Positions 15,394 through 28,091 of a stretch of DNA of 64,000 nucleotides are shown piece by piece (position 1 is the first letter of the stretch; each line of letters starts with the position of its first letter). Both the position numbers and the translations under genes were made by a program. The stretch comes from Eledone cirrhosa (lineage: Eukaryota), in NCBI GenBank assembly GCA_964016885.1, contig OZ024757.1, positions 37,262,001 through 37,326,000 on the forward strand. Direction: 5' to 3'. The notes under the pieces are model-generated. The model saw only the letters and a program-made list of their open reading frames with translations, had not been told where the DNA came from and made no database searches.

Positions 15394-16416
15394 GTGAGCT
15401 TAGGGTGTGTGTCTGAAGAAATTACACGTCTTTCTTGTCTATTTTTACATATTGCATCCAACAGAAACAAATGTTTTAAGGCTATCTTCCCTGTTAAAGA
15501 AGGGATTAGCCTTGCAGGCACCATGACAAGCTTCTGCAATCATCTACATCTTCCTTTACTAATCCCGCTAGCTTTCATTTCCCCTGCCATCATTTTTAAC
15601 TATGTCTTTCTTGGTCTTCTCCTTCCATGTTTGTTGCCATCACTTCTTCCCCTTGCTGGTCACTTTCATCCTTCCTCAACACATGAGCCAGCCATCTCGT
15701 TCTATTTTTCTTCACAACAGTTATCACTGGCTCTAATTCCAGCGTCACATGTATCTGTGCAAATGCTCAATATAGCATACATGCAGCGTTTGAAACCAGA
15801 GGTAGCAACATTTATGTGTTGAAGACAATAGCAATAATATTTTAGCTATCTTCCTTTATCTGTTCGATAGAACCTTCCGACACTATATATATATGTATAT
15901 ATTTCACAAAAATATAAATCTGCTGTATTCAGACCTGGAGAGGGATGGGCTCTGCCAGGAAATGCCCAAGAAACGCTGTATGTCAATACGACTCTCCTAG
16001 GAGTTACGGGACCATACCATACCATACCATACATGCATATATATACCTTAGTTGGTTTACCTAGTTACACCTACTCATGTATTTAGTGATGTCACTAGGA
16101 TAGGATCTGTATTATCCACTAGCTCATACCATTTTATGGTGTTTGAATGGCACTAGTTGTAGCATAAATCTCAGTACAGCAGAACACAGTATACTTGTAT
16201 ACACCCAGTACTTGTTTGTGTAGTTCCTTCCTCTTTACACGTTAGACCAGATTCTCCACTCTACCTCCCATACACACATGTTTGACGTGTGTCTTACAAT
16301 GCAAACAGCACGACAATCTGTCAGTCTTGTTTCATACGAATCTTGATTTTTGCCTAAATGATCACAAATGAGGTACCTTTAGCTTTTGAAATGCCCCCCT
16401 GCTGATTTCATTCCAG

Positions 16417-16440
16417 GGGATACTACAAACCTTCTTTCTG
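16417..16440 (+). CDS. 24-nt microexon (GDTTNLLS)
   Basis: tttcattccag acceptor with upstream TGC, gtaaga donor, phase 1-1. Confidence 0.55.
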
Positions 16441-16911
16441 GTAAGAAGCTGTCTAGTTTCCCATGAGTTGGTCTTGGTATGAAGGTGAGTCCTTCTCAGT
16501 TTTGTTTCCTGCTGCTGTCCTGCTTTCTCTGCGGTATCATCATCATCATCATTATCATCATCGACATTACGAACGTGGATAGAATTTAAAAAAGTCACAG
16601 ACTACCAAACTTTGCTTCGTTTCTTCTCTCACATTGGTCACTGCTATCGTTGTTGTTATCTTGATAATAATAATAATAATAATAATAATGATGATAATGA
16701 TAATGATAATTATGGTTACTATTATTGTTGTTGTTGTTATTATTTATTGTTGTTGTGAATGTTTTCTGATTGACCTCTGCACAGATAGAGAGCTTATATC
16801 TAGTCGCATGAACTGTTTGACACTTATTCTTCACATGGCACATACACCCCACCCCTCCACTACCCAGGTACATACACCACCTTCCGTCTCAGGGAAAGTC
16901 CTGTTGGTTTT

Positions 16912-16982
<71 letters not shown>

Positions 16983-17225
16983 CTAACAAGAATAAGGATG
17001 TCACGTCTGAAAAAATTTCAGATAAGCACACCATATCACCTGTAATGTTTGATATATTTCTGTATATGTCGATCATTATTTAATTATATATATATAAGTC
17101 CTGGGTTCAATTGGGGTAACCACAGTTAGTAAGGTACTCAATACATTAGTAGAGTGTAAATATCATGTTTAATATAGCAATGGCTTTTACAGGAGTGGAA
17201 CTGTTACATTCAAAAGAAATCATCA

Positions 17226-17277
17226 GGCTTTCCTGATGATTTCCATTCAATGAAACAGTTCTAGTCCTGTAGAAGCC
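17226..17277 (+). ncRNA. Hammerhead motif, family B, in right arm of a palindrome
   Basis: GGCTTTC-CTGATGA...GAAAC-AG-TTCTAGTC-CT-GTA-GAAGCC; homologues at 9916-9966 and 42337-42433. Confidence 0.58.
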
Positions 17278-17293
17278 ATTTCTATATTAAACA

Positions 17294-17333
<40 letters not shown>

Positions 17334-17960
17334 TTATTAGGTATAAGTTGAAGTTATAGCTCCAAGCTGGCAGATACCCTTTGAAAATTGTTTGAGGCTG
17401 TCACAAACCATTCAATGGTGCACAAAAGTTAATGAAATCTCTTCGCCAGAGTTAACACAGAGAGTTATATAAAGTGTGACACTATGAATAAATCGACTAT
17501 GTGCACATGACCATATGTATATATATCATGACTCATGCACTGTTCATTTTCCTGACGTTTCTACATTACCTATGTACTATACTTTTGATGAGTTGTAGTG
17601 CACCTGAGCACTGTACACAATATTTTCATTATTATAATAAAATGTTGTTCGCTTGAAGCATTGTGTATAATATATAATGTGGAAAGTAATATATGTAAGA
17701 AGGCTAAAATAATGCAAATTGGACAGTAAGACAAAGGTGATGAAAAAGTTGGTTACCTGGTTTTTTGTTGTTTCTGTTTGGCCTTCTTATATCACTTTCG
17801 ACATTATATATATGTATATATATATATATATATATATGTACATATAATATGGAAAATGAAGAATCAGTGATGCATCGGAACACAATTTATTACATATTAC
17901 AATTGTTTCTCCGGTGAACAGCTCGAGGTGCGATTGAACCTGACCCTGAATTCGCAATAC

Positions 17961-17998
<38 letters not shown>

Positions 17999-19991
17999 CC
18001 AACTCATAATATTATAAAATTAAATCAAATTATTTAGAACTACAAGTGAAGTCATTCTTTTCCTTTTTTTCAAATATATATTCCTAATTGTAGGATGTTC
18101 CTAATTGCAGGTCGTTAGCTTGGCCACAGACAAAGCTTCGATTTTAATAAGCTTCCACTTGTATATATATATATATAATAATAATAATTATACATAATTA
18201 TTTTATATATATTATTACTATATATAATCATAAGATTATATATGATTAAAATGATTAATAATTTAGCAACTAGGTCAACAATTTTAGGAAGAAGGGGAAG
18301 TCGATTATATCAACTCCAATATTTGTCTGATATTTCATTTTATCAACCCTAGAAGGAATCAATGGCATAATAGATTTTGGCAGAATTTGAACTCAGTAAC
18401 AAAATGCCATAAAACATTTTTTTTCTTTTTGTCCGATGCTCTAACAAACGATTCTGCCAATCCACCGCTCTTCCAATAATAATTATAATTATCCCAAGTT
18501 ATTTCATTCAAATTTTAGCAGCAATTAGAATGTCACAGCAACAATTAGATTTTATTCACTATTTTGTTGTTTAAATGTTGCACTATTTTTCTAGTTGGTA
18601 AACATTTCTATTCAATTTATTATATATTTGAGTGTCTTTTGGTCATCAAAACAGATAGCTTCTTCCTTAATGTCTATAGAGGAGTGTTCAATGTTTCAGA
18701 TCATAATCCTTCATCATAAAGAAGGAGAGTGGGGGATAAAAACAAAAAGTAAATGCCCAGTGATGCTTTTATAATGGATGTAGCAGGCTGAAGGATATGT
18801 TTAGCTTTTTCATTAACCCTTTTATTATATTTCTGTTGAAAGACACTGTCTATTGTTTTCAAATAATTTTGAAAGTATCAAGAATTTAGAGTAATTTATT
18901 ATGTTTCAAATACCAGCTTAGTTATGGAAAAGTTAGTTATATTAATAAATCTCTCTAAATTCTTGATTATTTTCAAAAGGATTTGAAAATTATAGGTATA
19001 TTTTTTTTCAATTAGAGATTATGGTAATGAACGAGTTAAAATGTCTATATTAACCTCTTTATTGCCGTAGACGAAATAAGTCATCCTAACTTTTATACAT
19101 TCCAGTGCTATGGATGAGATAACTCATCCTAACATGTTTGAACTCCTTTCCTACAGTTTGTAAAGTTATAAACTTGTTTCCAACAGTTCGTAACTTTAAA
19201 GCTATCTGGGGTTACTAGGTTATTGATGTGACGTTTGTGAATCAAAATATTCATTTTACTGGAAAAAATACCTGGCACAGCAACTGTAGCTGTATAAAAT
19301 ATGCGTGGCAATCAACAGGTTAATCTATTATAATACACCTTATTCATAATTTTATCAAGAGCCCTTTAACCCTTTAGCATTTAAACTGGCCATATCTGGC
19401 CAGAATTCTCTCATCTTTTTTCTGTTCAAACCAGCTATAACTGGCCACTGATACTGACATTAAGGTATTGTTCTCAAAATAAATAACATCAAAATCTCAT
19501 AGATTCAATATTATGTGTGATATTATGTAAGGTAAAGCCTTTACTGCAAAAATACAATAGTATATGTAGAGTAATGTAAATGCTAAAGGGTTAAGTTAAG
19601 TTGTGCCCCAAACACCAGTTAGCTATATCTACTAATTCTTGATTATTTTTGAGCAATGTCTTTCCGTAGAAATATTGGATCAAAAGAGTTAAATTCGAAT
19701 TCTTGACAATTAGAAATTTTGTTATATAAATCTACAGATGGTTTCTGATGGGTTGATATCATAGACGGCTAAATTTTTTATTTTATAGAAATATAAATTA
19801 TTTATAGAAATATAAAAATATACTGAAGCCCAAACCAAACCAAATAATGAGTGTGTTTTACTATATTTTTCTGGCAATATTAGGACAAAATGATCCTCCC
19901 TAAATATAGCTAAATGTTTTATTTTATCTATATATTATTAAATTATTATTTATAACAAAAAAAACAATTTATTTATTTTTGTTGTTTCCAG

Positions 19992-20203
19992 TTGATAAAG
20001 CTGATCCGATAAATACAGGATGTCACCAACCTCGGACATTGCCAGATGTTGTTTATACGGAAAATGGATCGCCTCCCATGGAAAAGCACGGTCAACACCA
20101 TCCAATCTGTAGCAAATCATGGCCAGAGGTGGAGGCCCGCAGGCTAATTCTGCATGACAACAACGCCGACCACAGTTCTGACACTGTAAACCAGAACATT
20201 TAA
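19992..20203 (+). CDS. Terminal coding exon of unidentified gene (VDKADPINTG...NQNI*)
   Basis: Strong ttttgttgtttccag acceptor, GC-richer non-repetitive open frame in phase 1 ending in TAA; AATAAA at 20696. Confidence 0.7.
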
Positions 20204-21365
20204 AATGGATGGCCATTTTTGGAAAGTTCTTCATTGTCATCACTTCTATCTCTCTATCTCTGTTTTCTTCCTCTCTTTTATCTTTCACATCACCCCCACT
20301 CCCCCACCCCCAAAGTTTTTTCTTTTTTTTTTTGTGTACGATATTTTTGTACAGTCATTTTTTGTTGTTTATTATTTAAATATAGACATTTTAATCTACT
20401 TTTTGCTGTGTGTGTGTGTGTATGAATGTTTATGCATGTGTTTGTGTGAGTGAGTGAGTCTTTGTGCATGTGTATGTATATATATATGCGTGTGTGTGAG
20501 AAAGAGTGTCAATGCACGTCTGTTTGTGTTTGTGTGCATCTGAGTATGTTTATGTGTATGAGTGCATATCTGAGTGTGTGCGAAAAACAGAGTGTCCGCG
20601 TATGTGTGTGTGAAACTATAATTATATGAAATGAGTTGGTTTGTATTTGAAGATTTACAACAACAAAATGGAATAATCAAAAAAAAAATTAAATGAATAA
20701 ATAAATTTTAAAATATTGAGTGGCGCGTGCTCCAGCATTGCCACAGCCCACTGGTTTGGAACTGGTTAATGAGTGTAAAACAGGCTGGATGAGTGGAAAC
20801 TTGTGACATACCTTTGAAATTATGATATTATAAGCATTATTATTATGCATTACTGGTGCTTTATTGTATCAACCCTCGTAAGGATGAAAGGCAATGTTAA
20901 CCTTGGCGGGATTTGAAATCAGACTGTAAAGGGAGGTAACACTATGCGCCATGCTTTGCAGCATAGAGTTATATCCCTTTATGATCTGATTTCAAATCCT
21001 GCAGAAGTTAACTTTGCCTATCTTCCTTACAGGGGGGGGGGGGGGTCGATAATAAAATAAAGTACCAGTAATGCACTGGGGTAATTGCTGGCCTTGTGCC
21101 TAAAGTAGAAGCAATTATTATTATTATTATTATTATTAACATAACTGATTGTAATTCTTATTTACTCTGTGTGTGTGTGTTTGTATGTGCATGCGTGTGA
21201 GGGTGTGGGAGGGAGGGAGGGAGATGTGGGGGAGGGGGTGCTTACTAACTTTGTCCAACAGTGAGCATGTGTAATAATTATATTTTGTTGCAAGAAAAAT
21301 ATATTTAAAAAATATAGAAAACAAAACAAGAAAAAAAAAGAACTCCCAAAACAAAACAAATATGT

Positions 21366-21400
<35 letters not shown>

Positions 21401-21991
21401 GACACATATATATGTATATAAAGACATACATACATTTATATATATGTAATATATATATGTATATATGTATGTAATATATAGGTGTATATATATATAGACA
21501 TAAAGACATACATTTATATATAGGTAATATATATGTTTATATATATATGTATGTAATATATATATATATATATATATAATATATGTTAATATATGATGTA
21601 ATAATTTACTTAATTATTCCTACATTGATCATCGCTTCAAGTTTAGTATCTTAATTGTAAATTGTAATTCAGCCTTCATTCCATGATTCTCCAGATATTG
21701 TGACAGATTGTGACCCCCCCCCCCCCCCCCACCATAGACTCACACATTTACACACACACACACACGTGTGTGTGTGTGTATATATTCACACACACATGAA
21801 CTCAACAAACGAACAGAATACACCACATCAGTATTTGTAATATATATATATATATATATTTATATGTATGTATGTATATATATATGTATATATATACACA
21901 TATATATATATATATATGAAAATGAAGTAAGGTTCCATACAAAACAGGTTATAGAGAAAAAGTGGAATTGGAAATAGCTCGGAAAATATAT

Positions 21992-22202
21992 TTAACCCTT
22001 TAGTAATCTATATTTACTATATTTATTTTTGTGTATCTTACATAATCATCTCATATTATTGAAGCTACGAGATTCTGTATGTTATGTATGTTGAGAAGAA
22101 TACCTTAATATAAGTATGAATGGCCAGTTATGGCTAGTTTGAACCAGCAAGAGGTGAGAGAATTCTGCCCGGATACGGCCGGTTTAAATGCTAAAGGGTT
22201 AA
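21992..22202. mobile_element. piggyBac-type MITE (TTAA-CCCTTTAG...CTAAAGGG-TTAA); further copies at about 13219-13449, 19366-19594, 30313-30598, 33946-34171, 43953-44169, 52487-52681, 57447-57777
   Basis: CCC/GGG termini, TTAA flanks, and the empty site is visible in the opposite arm of the host palindrome. Confidence 0.88.
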
Positions 22203-22926
22203 AGGATCTGTTTTTCTTTTTTTACTTCTTTGTTCCGTCAAAGTGACATTATTGAAAAAATCAGAGGAACAATTTTTTTTAAAAAAAGGGAGTTTTATAT
22301 ATTTTATATACATTATAAAACTCCTATTTTTTTTTTAATTGTTCCTCTAGTTTTTTCAATAATGTCACTTTGACAGATCAAAGAAGAAAAAAAGAAAAAC
22401 AGATCCTTTAAATATATTTTCTGTGTTATTTCTAATTTCACTTTTTCTCTATAACCTCTGTTTTGTATAGAACCTTACTTCATTTTCATATACATATATA
22501 TATGTGTGTGTATATATATATATGTGTAAATATATATATATAGCCATATGTATATATCTATGTATACAAAACAATTCACAAAAATCAGACAACTAACCAT
22601 AGTAATGGAACCCTTTGATGGTGTGCTGTGTTCTTTGTACATATTGTAATAATTATTACCATTATTATCATTATTGTTATTATTATTATTATTTCTCGAG
22701 GTTAACTTTGCCTTTTATCCTTACGGGGTCGATAAAATAAAGTACCAGTACTGTACTGAGGTAATTGCTGGCCTTGTGCCAAAAGTAGAAACAATTATTA
22801 TTTCTCTCTTTTTTGTCTCTTATTTTCTCTTCTGTTATTGTTCTGAAACAGACGCTAAGTAATTTCATGTATGTATGTTTGTAGATACATGTTAGTATGT
22901 TTATATATTTATATGTGTGTATATAT

Positions 22927-22957
<31 letters not shown>

Positions 22958-23682
22958 CGTATATGCATGTATATAAACATGTGTCAATATATATGTGTAC
23001 ATATGTATATATATGTGTGTGTATATGTATATATATATGTATGTATTGGGAAAGCTGGTAGAATGAGAATAAAAAGCATATTGGTGGAACTAGAGTCAAG
23101 TAAGTATATTAAAACTTTACACTGGCTTTCTCAATACATTCCTAATTACATATCTCACTTCATATATAAATATGTGTATATATATATACACGCACACAGT
23201 TTAACAGTTTAACCTCTACGCACTAATGATTTGCTGCAACAGAAATATTTTCCTAAAGAATATTTGGAATAAATATATATATATATAATTTGTGTATATA
23301 TATATATATAATATGTGTGTATATATATAATATGTATATAATGACAAGATAGATATAGATTCTTCAAGAGGAGATTACATACACCAATTACTGCTACCAC
23401 TACTACTACTACAAACACACAACCTTTTACTACTACTACTACTATTATTTCTACTACTATTACTACTAGTACTACTGCTATTATTACTAGGGTGGTGAAT
23501 TCAAAGAATTGAGCATCAGACAAAATGCCATGTGGGTTCTGGGTTCAAATCCTGTTGAGGTCAACTTTACCTTTCATCCTTCAATGGTCAACAAAATGAA
23601 ATACCAGTTAAATATTAGGGTCAATATAATTGACTTCCCCTCCTCCTTAACTGTCGAATTTTTGGCCCAAATTAGAAACCAT

Positions 23683-24200
23683 TGGATTGGCAGTATCGGT
23701 AGAGGGTCGGACGCCATGCTTTCCAGCATAGTTACGTCCCTTTACGATCTGAGTTCAAATCCCGCCGAGGTTGACTTTGCCTTTCATCCTTACGGGGTCG
23801 ATAAAATAAAGTACCAGTAATGCACTGGGTAATTGCTGGCCTTGTGCCTAAAGTAGAAACAATTATTATATAGGGCGCCATTCTGAGTTCAAATCCCGCC
23901 GAGGTCAACTTTGCTTTTCATCCTTACGGGGTCGATAAAATAAAGTACCAGTAATACACTGTATAATTGCTGGCCTTGTGCCAAAAGTAGAAACAATTAT
24001 TATATAAGGGCGGTGGATTGGCAGTATCGGTAGAGAGTCGGATACCATGCTTTGACGCACAGTTACGTCCCTTTACGGACTGAGTTCAAATCCCGCCGAG
24101 GTTAACTTTGCCTTTCATCCTTACGAGGTCAATAAAATAAAGTACCAGTAATACACTGGGATAATTGCTGGCCTTGTGCCAAAAGTAGAAACAATTATTA
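23683..24200 (+). mobile_element. Tandem cluster of tRNA-derived SINE copies; same family at about 11855-12042, 29915-30140, 40366-40550 and 53308-53496 (+), and 26050-26260, 36720-36886, 49708-50225 and 61812-62205 (-)
   Basis: A-box-like TGGCAGTATCGG, B-box GAGTTCAAATCC, conserved CTTTCATCCTTACGGGGTCGATAAAATAAAGTACCAG domain, (ATT)n tail. Confidence 0.85.
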
Positions 24201-24899
24201 TTACTATTATATTTAGGGTGGTCCATTGGCATAATCTTTAGAACGTCGATTTCAACTCTATGTTCTGAGGTTGAAATCTTGTCCGGGTCAGCTTCAACTT
24301 TTTATCCATCCAGTGAAGTACTGGGGTCAATTTAATCGATTACCCCTTTCCCTTAAATTGCTTGACTCATGCCTAAATTAAAAACTAGTATTACTATTGT
24401 ATTTTGTTGTAGTTGTTGGTGTTTGTGGTGAAGGTTCTAGCAATGTTTCTCCTGGTATGTCTTTTACATAATTAAAAAAAAAAAAACAAGTAAAAATGGA
24501 AAAAAAAAAGAAGCAATGTCTATACGCATAATAATAATAATAATAATAATAATATAATATAATAATATTTCCTAAGATTTTCATACCGTTCTCGAAAAGT
24601 TGTTTCTTGTTATGTCTGAGGTTCATGGAGCTCATAAAGAGGATGGGGTGGGGGGAAAAAAACTGAAATATAAATTTATATATAAAAAAAACACAAAACA
24701 ATCAAAACTACTTTCTGCTTTCTTTCTCTTTCTCTTTCTCTCTCTCTCATTCTTTCATTCTTTCTATTTCTTTCCCTCACATTTGTTCATTCTCTCTCTC
24801 TATCTCTCTCTGCTTTATATTTTATATTTTATGCGATTCGAAATGATTAATTTATATGACTGAAATGAATGAAAGATTTTACGCATACTCATTTAGACA

Positions 24900-24934
24900 C
24901 CCACATATACATATGTATATACACACACGTCCAT

Positions 24935-24971
<37 letters not shown>

Positions 24972-25109
24972 GACAACCTGTCTAATCCTATGCTAGCATG
25001 GGAAAATATAAATGGTGATATATATATATATATATATATACATACGTATATATATATTTCATTTTTTTTAAATGAAAACTGGAAATATATATATTCACAT
25101 ATATATATA

Positions 25110-25206
<97 letters not shown>

Positions 25207-25271
25207 ATATATTTAGATGTGTGTGCGTATATATAGATGTGTGTGTATATATATAGATGTGTATATATATA

Positions 25272-25318
<47 letters not shown>

Positions 25319-25381
25319 ATATATATATATATATGTGTGTATATATATATATATATGTGTATATATATATATATATGTGTA

Positions 25382-25456
<75 letters not shown>

Positions 25457-25736
25457 ATATATATATATATATATGTGTGTATATATATATATATGTGTGT
25501 ATATATATATATATATGTGTATATGTATATATATATCATCATCATCATCATCATCATCAGGTTTAGCGTCCGTGTTCCACGCTTGCATGGGTTTGGACGG
25601 GGGTTTTCCCACTTGAGGCAAGAGTGGTTGTCTTGCTCGCATAGGACTGTCTGGCGGGTTTTCTACAGTTGGATGCCCTTCCTAACACCAACCACATTTA
25701 CAGTGTGGGGCTGGGAGGTTTTTACCGTGTTATATG

Positions 25737-25792
<56 letters not shown>

Positions 25793-25804
25793 TATGTGTA
25801 TATA

Positions 25805-25858
<54 letters not shown>

Positions 25859-25860
25859 AA
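24900..25860. repeat. Compound (TA)n/(TG)n microsatellite, one of dozens in the window
   Basis: Direct inspection; source of the YI/VC-repeat ORFs. Confidence 0.95.
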
Positions 25861-27520
25861 CATGTACCAACTGCTAAACCATCTGCAGCTGACTGACATT
25901 CAGTCAGCAAGAATTAGAACCAGTTTTAGTATATTTAGTTTCTTCATTTCCTCAATTCTACTTTGGCTTTCTTTTGGTTATTTAAAAGGAAAACAAAACC
26001 AAAAAATACTACTGAACAGTAACAGTAATAGTAATAATGGTTACTAGTATAGGCACAAGGCCAGTAATTTTGGTGGGGAGAGGAAAGTCAATTAAATTGA
26101 CCCCAGTGCATTACTGGTACTTTATTTTATTGACCCCCGTAAAGATGAAAGGTAAAGTTAACCTCGGCGGGATTTGAACTCAGAATGTAAAGAGATTCAA
26201 CCCTTTGCTGCAAAGCATGGTGTCCGACGCTCTACTGCTCCTGTTGCCAACCCACCACCCAAATAATAATAATGATAATACTAAAGCTATGGATGTGGCA
26301 GAATTGTTAGAGCGTTGGACAAAATGCTTTATCATATTTGTTCTGAGTATATATATTCCGTTTTCAGTTCTCACTGAGGTTAACTCTGCCTTTCCTCTTT
26401 CTAGGGGTCGATAGAAAAAAGTTTTCGTCAACTACTGCGTTCTATATAATCGACTTTCTCCTCCTCTCACCCTAAAAAAAAATCATTGGTCCTCTGCTTA
26501 AATTAGAAACCATTGTTAAAAGCTACAATAATAATATATTTGGTTAATAAAATATTAATAATGACAATAATAATAATAATAATAATAATATTGATGATAT
26601 TGATTGATAAAAAAAAAACAACTCACAAAAAACAACCAGTCGTGTACTGGGGTCGATTGAATTAGCTATTCTTCTCCCTGCCACAACGTATTGATGGCTT
26701 CATTACTAAGTCATAAATCAAATATTGATAATAATAATGATGATTATAACGATATTCGTTGATATAAAAAAAAATGACACAAAAAAACCTACCAGTCGTG
26801 TACTGGGGTCGATATTTTTAGCTACACTTCTCCCTATCACACCCTATTGATCAGAAACCAAATAATGATGATGATAATAATAATAATAATAATGGTGATA
26901 ATATTCATTATAGAGAAAAACTATCTTAGACAAATGATTGTTGACATTTAGTTGACTGTGTTGGAAAAAAGAGAAAAACAAAATTGTGTAGTTAGGAAAT
27001 TGGAAAAAATATTCTAAATAAAAATTCTAATATTTGAACAAAACCATCTCATGTTTTGATTCACTTTCTATGTATGTATGTATGTATGTATGTGTGTATG
27101 TGTGTGGCTATGTGGGTATGTATATAGATACATATATGCTTGTGCTTATATATATGTATATGTATGTGTGTGTATATGATGGTATTTATGTATATGCATA
27201 TTCATATATTTATATATATACACACAAAAACAAATATATATATATATATATTATATAGGTACATAATATATTACTCCCGTTCATAAATTATCATTTAGTA
27301 AACTTGAACAAATCCTGTTATCAAATCAAGATGAATATTTCCAAACTGTTTCATGTTTAACTCCCTTGGTCACTCCACTCTTCATTTTTACCACTTCTTT
27401 TTTTTTTTCAAATAAAATTTTGTGAATCAATTATATGCATTATCAGTGTTCTAATACAATTCAATCTTTAGCCATTTGCTTTTTTTTTTGTTTTGTTTTG
27501 TTTTTTCATTGTTTCTTTAA

Positions 27521-28091
27521 CTCTTAACATCCTGTACCACATGAAATCACATTAAGAAAACATTGTGGAGAAGTACAAAACAGCATTATAACTGCATCTC
27601 ATTAAATATTATAGTCTTTAACACTGAAAATGTTCATGATAATGTCCACTAGTAAATATAATGTAAACATTTGAATTAACAAACCATATGAAACAATATT
27701 AACAAGACATTTTTGAGAAGTACAAAACAGCAGTATAACTGCATTGCATTAAATATTAAAGCCTTTAACATATACACAACAATTTGTCCATGATTAAAGA
27801 TGCTATAAACATTTGAATTAACAAACCATATCAAACCACATTAGCAAGATATTTCTGTGAAGTACAAAACCTCGCTATGACTGCATCAGATTAAAATTTA
27901 AAGTCTTTCACACTGCAAATTTTCACAATAATTTAAGTCTTGAACACAGCAAATGTTCACAATAATCTGTCCACTACTAAAGATTACTATGAACATTTGA
28001 ATTAACAGAACAGATTCGTTTTTCGTGATTTTCTTTGTTTTTTTGTTTGTTTTTACATATTTCCTGCTAAATCATAACAGGATGTTAAGAG
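27521..28091. mobile_element. TIR element with internal diverged tandem repeats of about 165 bp
   Basis: CTCTTAACATCCTGT / ACAGGATGTTAAGAG termini, TTAA on the left; repeated aagtacaaaac and aacatttgaattaac blocks. Confidence 0.6.
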
